Assembly (NCBI GenBank): GCA_001724265.1
Contig: MEDY01000072.1
Coordinates: 1-64,000 of the forward strand
Direction of reading: 5' to 3'
DNA length: 64,000 nucleotides
Source: Rhizaria sp. SCN 62-66
Lineage: Eukaryota
Each line of letters opens with the position of its first letter. Positions within the stretch are counted from its first letter, which is position 1. The notes under the pieces are model-generated. The model ran no database searches and was not told the origin of the DNA. It saw only the letters and a program-made list of their open reading frames with translations. The translations under genes were made by a program, and so were the position numbers. Shown in pieces: positions 63,905 through 64,000 of this stretch.

Positions 63905-64000
63905 TCAGCGGTCGGCCCGGAGCGCCTTGGAGAACTCCTCCTCTGTGAACTGCAGCGTGCGCGCGGCCTCTAGGTGCAGAATCTGCTTCTTGAGCACGTC
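63905..64000 (-). CDS. 3' end of a gene entering from the right edge
   Basis: Reads ...DVLKKQILHLEAARTLQFTEEEFSKALRADR* (TGA at 63907-63905) with coding-type codons, followed by an AT-rich spacer. Confidence 0.55.
   Translation of the reverse strand, partial: DVLKKQILHLEAARTLQFTEEEFSKALRADR

Noticed and set aside
1-64000. Prokaryotic-type systems (operons, CRISPR arrays, IS/prophage), transposons, rRNA/tRNA genes
   Set aside because: The window is eukaryotic with spliceosomal introns. No spaced direct-repeat array, transposase/RT ORF, terminal repeats or recognisable structural RNA was seen by eye; small ncRNAs could have been missed.

Overview
Gene-dense window from a eukaryotic (protist-like) nuclear genome. 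Coding sequence is very GC-rich and Ala-rich, spacers are AT-richer, and spliceosomal GT-AG introns are short (about 110-200 nt) with an unusually uniform GTACGT donor. About 17 protein-coding genes can be supported. Recognisable genes: kinesin-3-like motor with FHA/C2 domains and a CaaX box, mitochondrial GatC, EEF1AKMT1/N6AMT2, CHMP1/Did2, NCBP2/CBP20, Ric-8, type I L-asparaginase, PheRS beta, V-ATPase subunit D and a SMYD-type SET protein. Uncharacterised genes include a 5171-aa single-exon protein built from about 20 copies of an unrecognised helical repeat, a secreted basic/Pro-Ala/acidic protein with a probable alternative last exon, a probable GPI-anchored surface protein and a BTB/BACK-multipass membrane protein with a disrupted 5' end. 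Main leads: (1) the giant repeat protein; (2) none of 17 gene termini uses TAG, while two in-frame TAGs lie in an otherwise open 5' extension (possible UAG recoding, weak evidence); (3) two probable pseudo-enzymes (kinesin with altered switch I, SET domain lacking the NHSC Asn and the catalytic Tyr); (4) the two-isoform secreted polyampholyte carrying SΦXE-like motifs. No rRNA, tRNA, CRISPR array or mobile element was recognised. All family calls come from motifs read by eye; no database searches were run.
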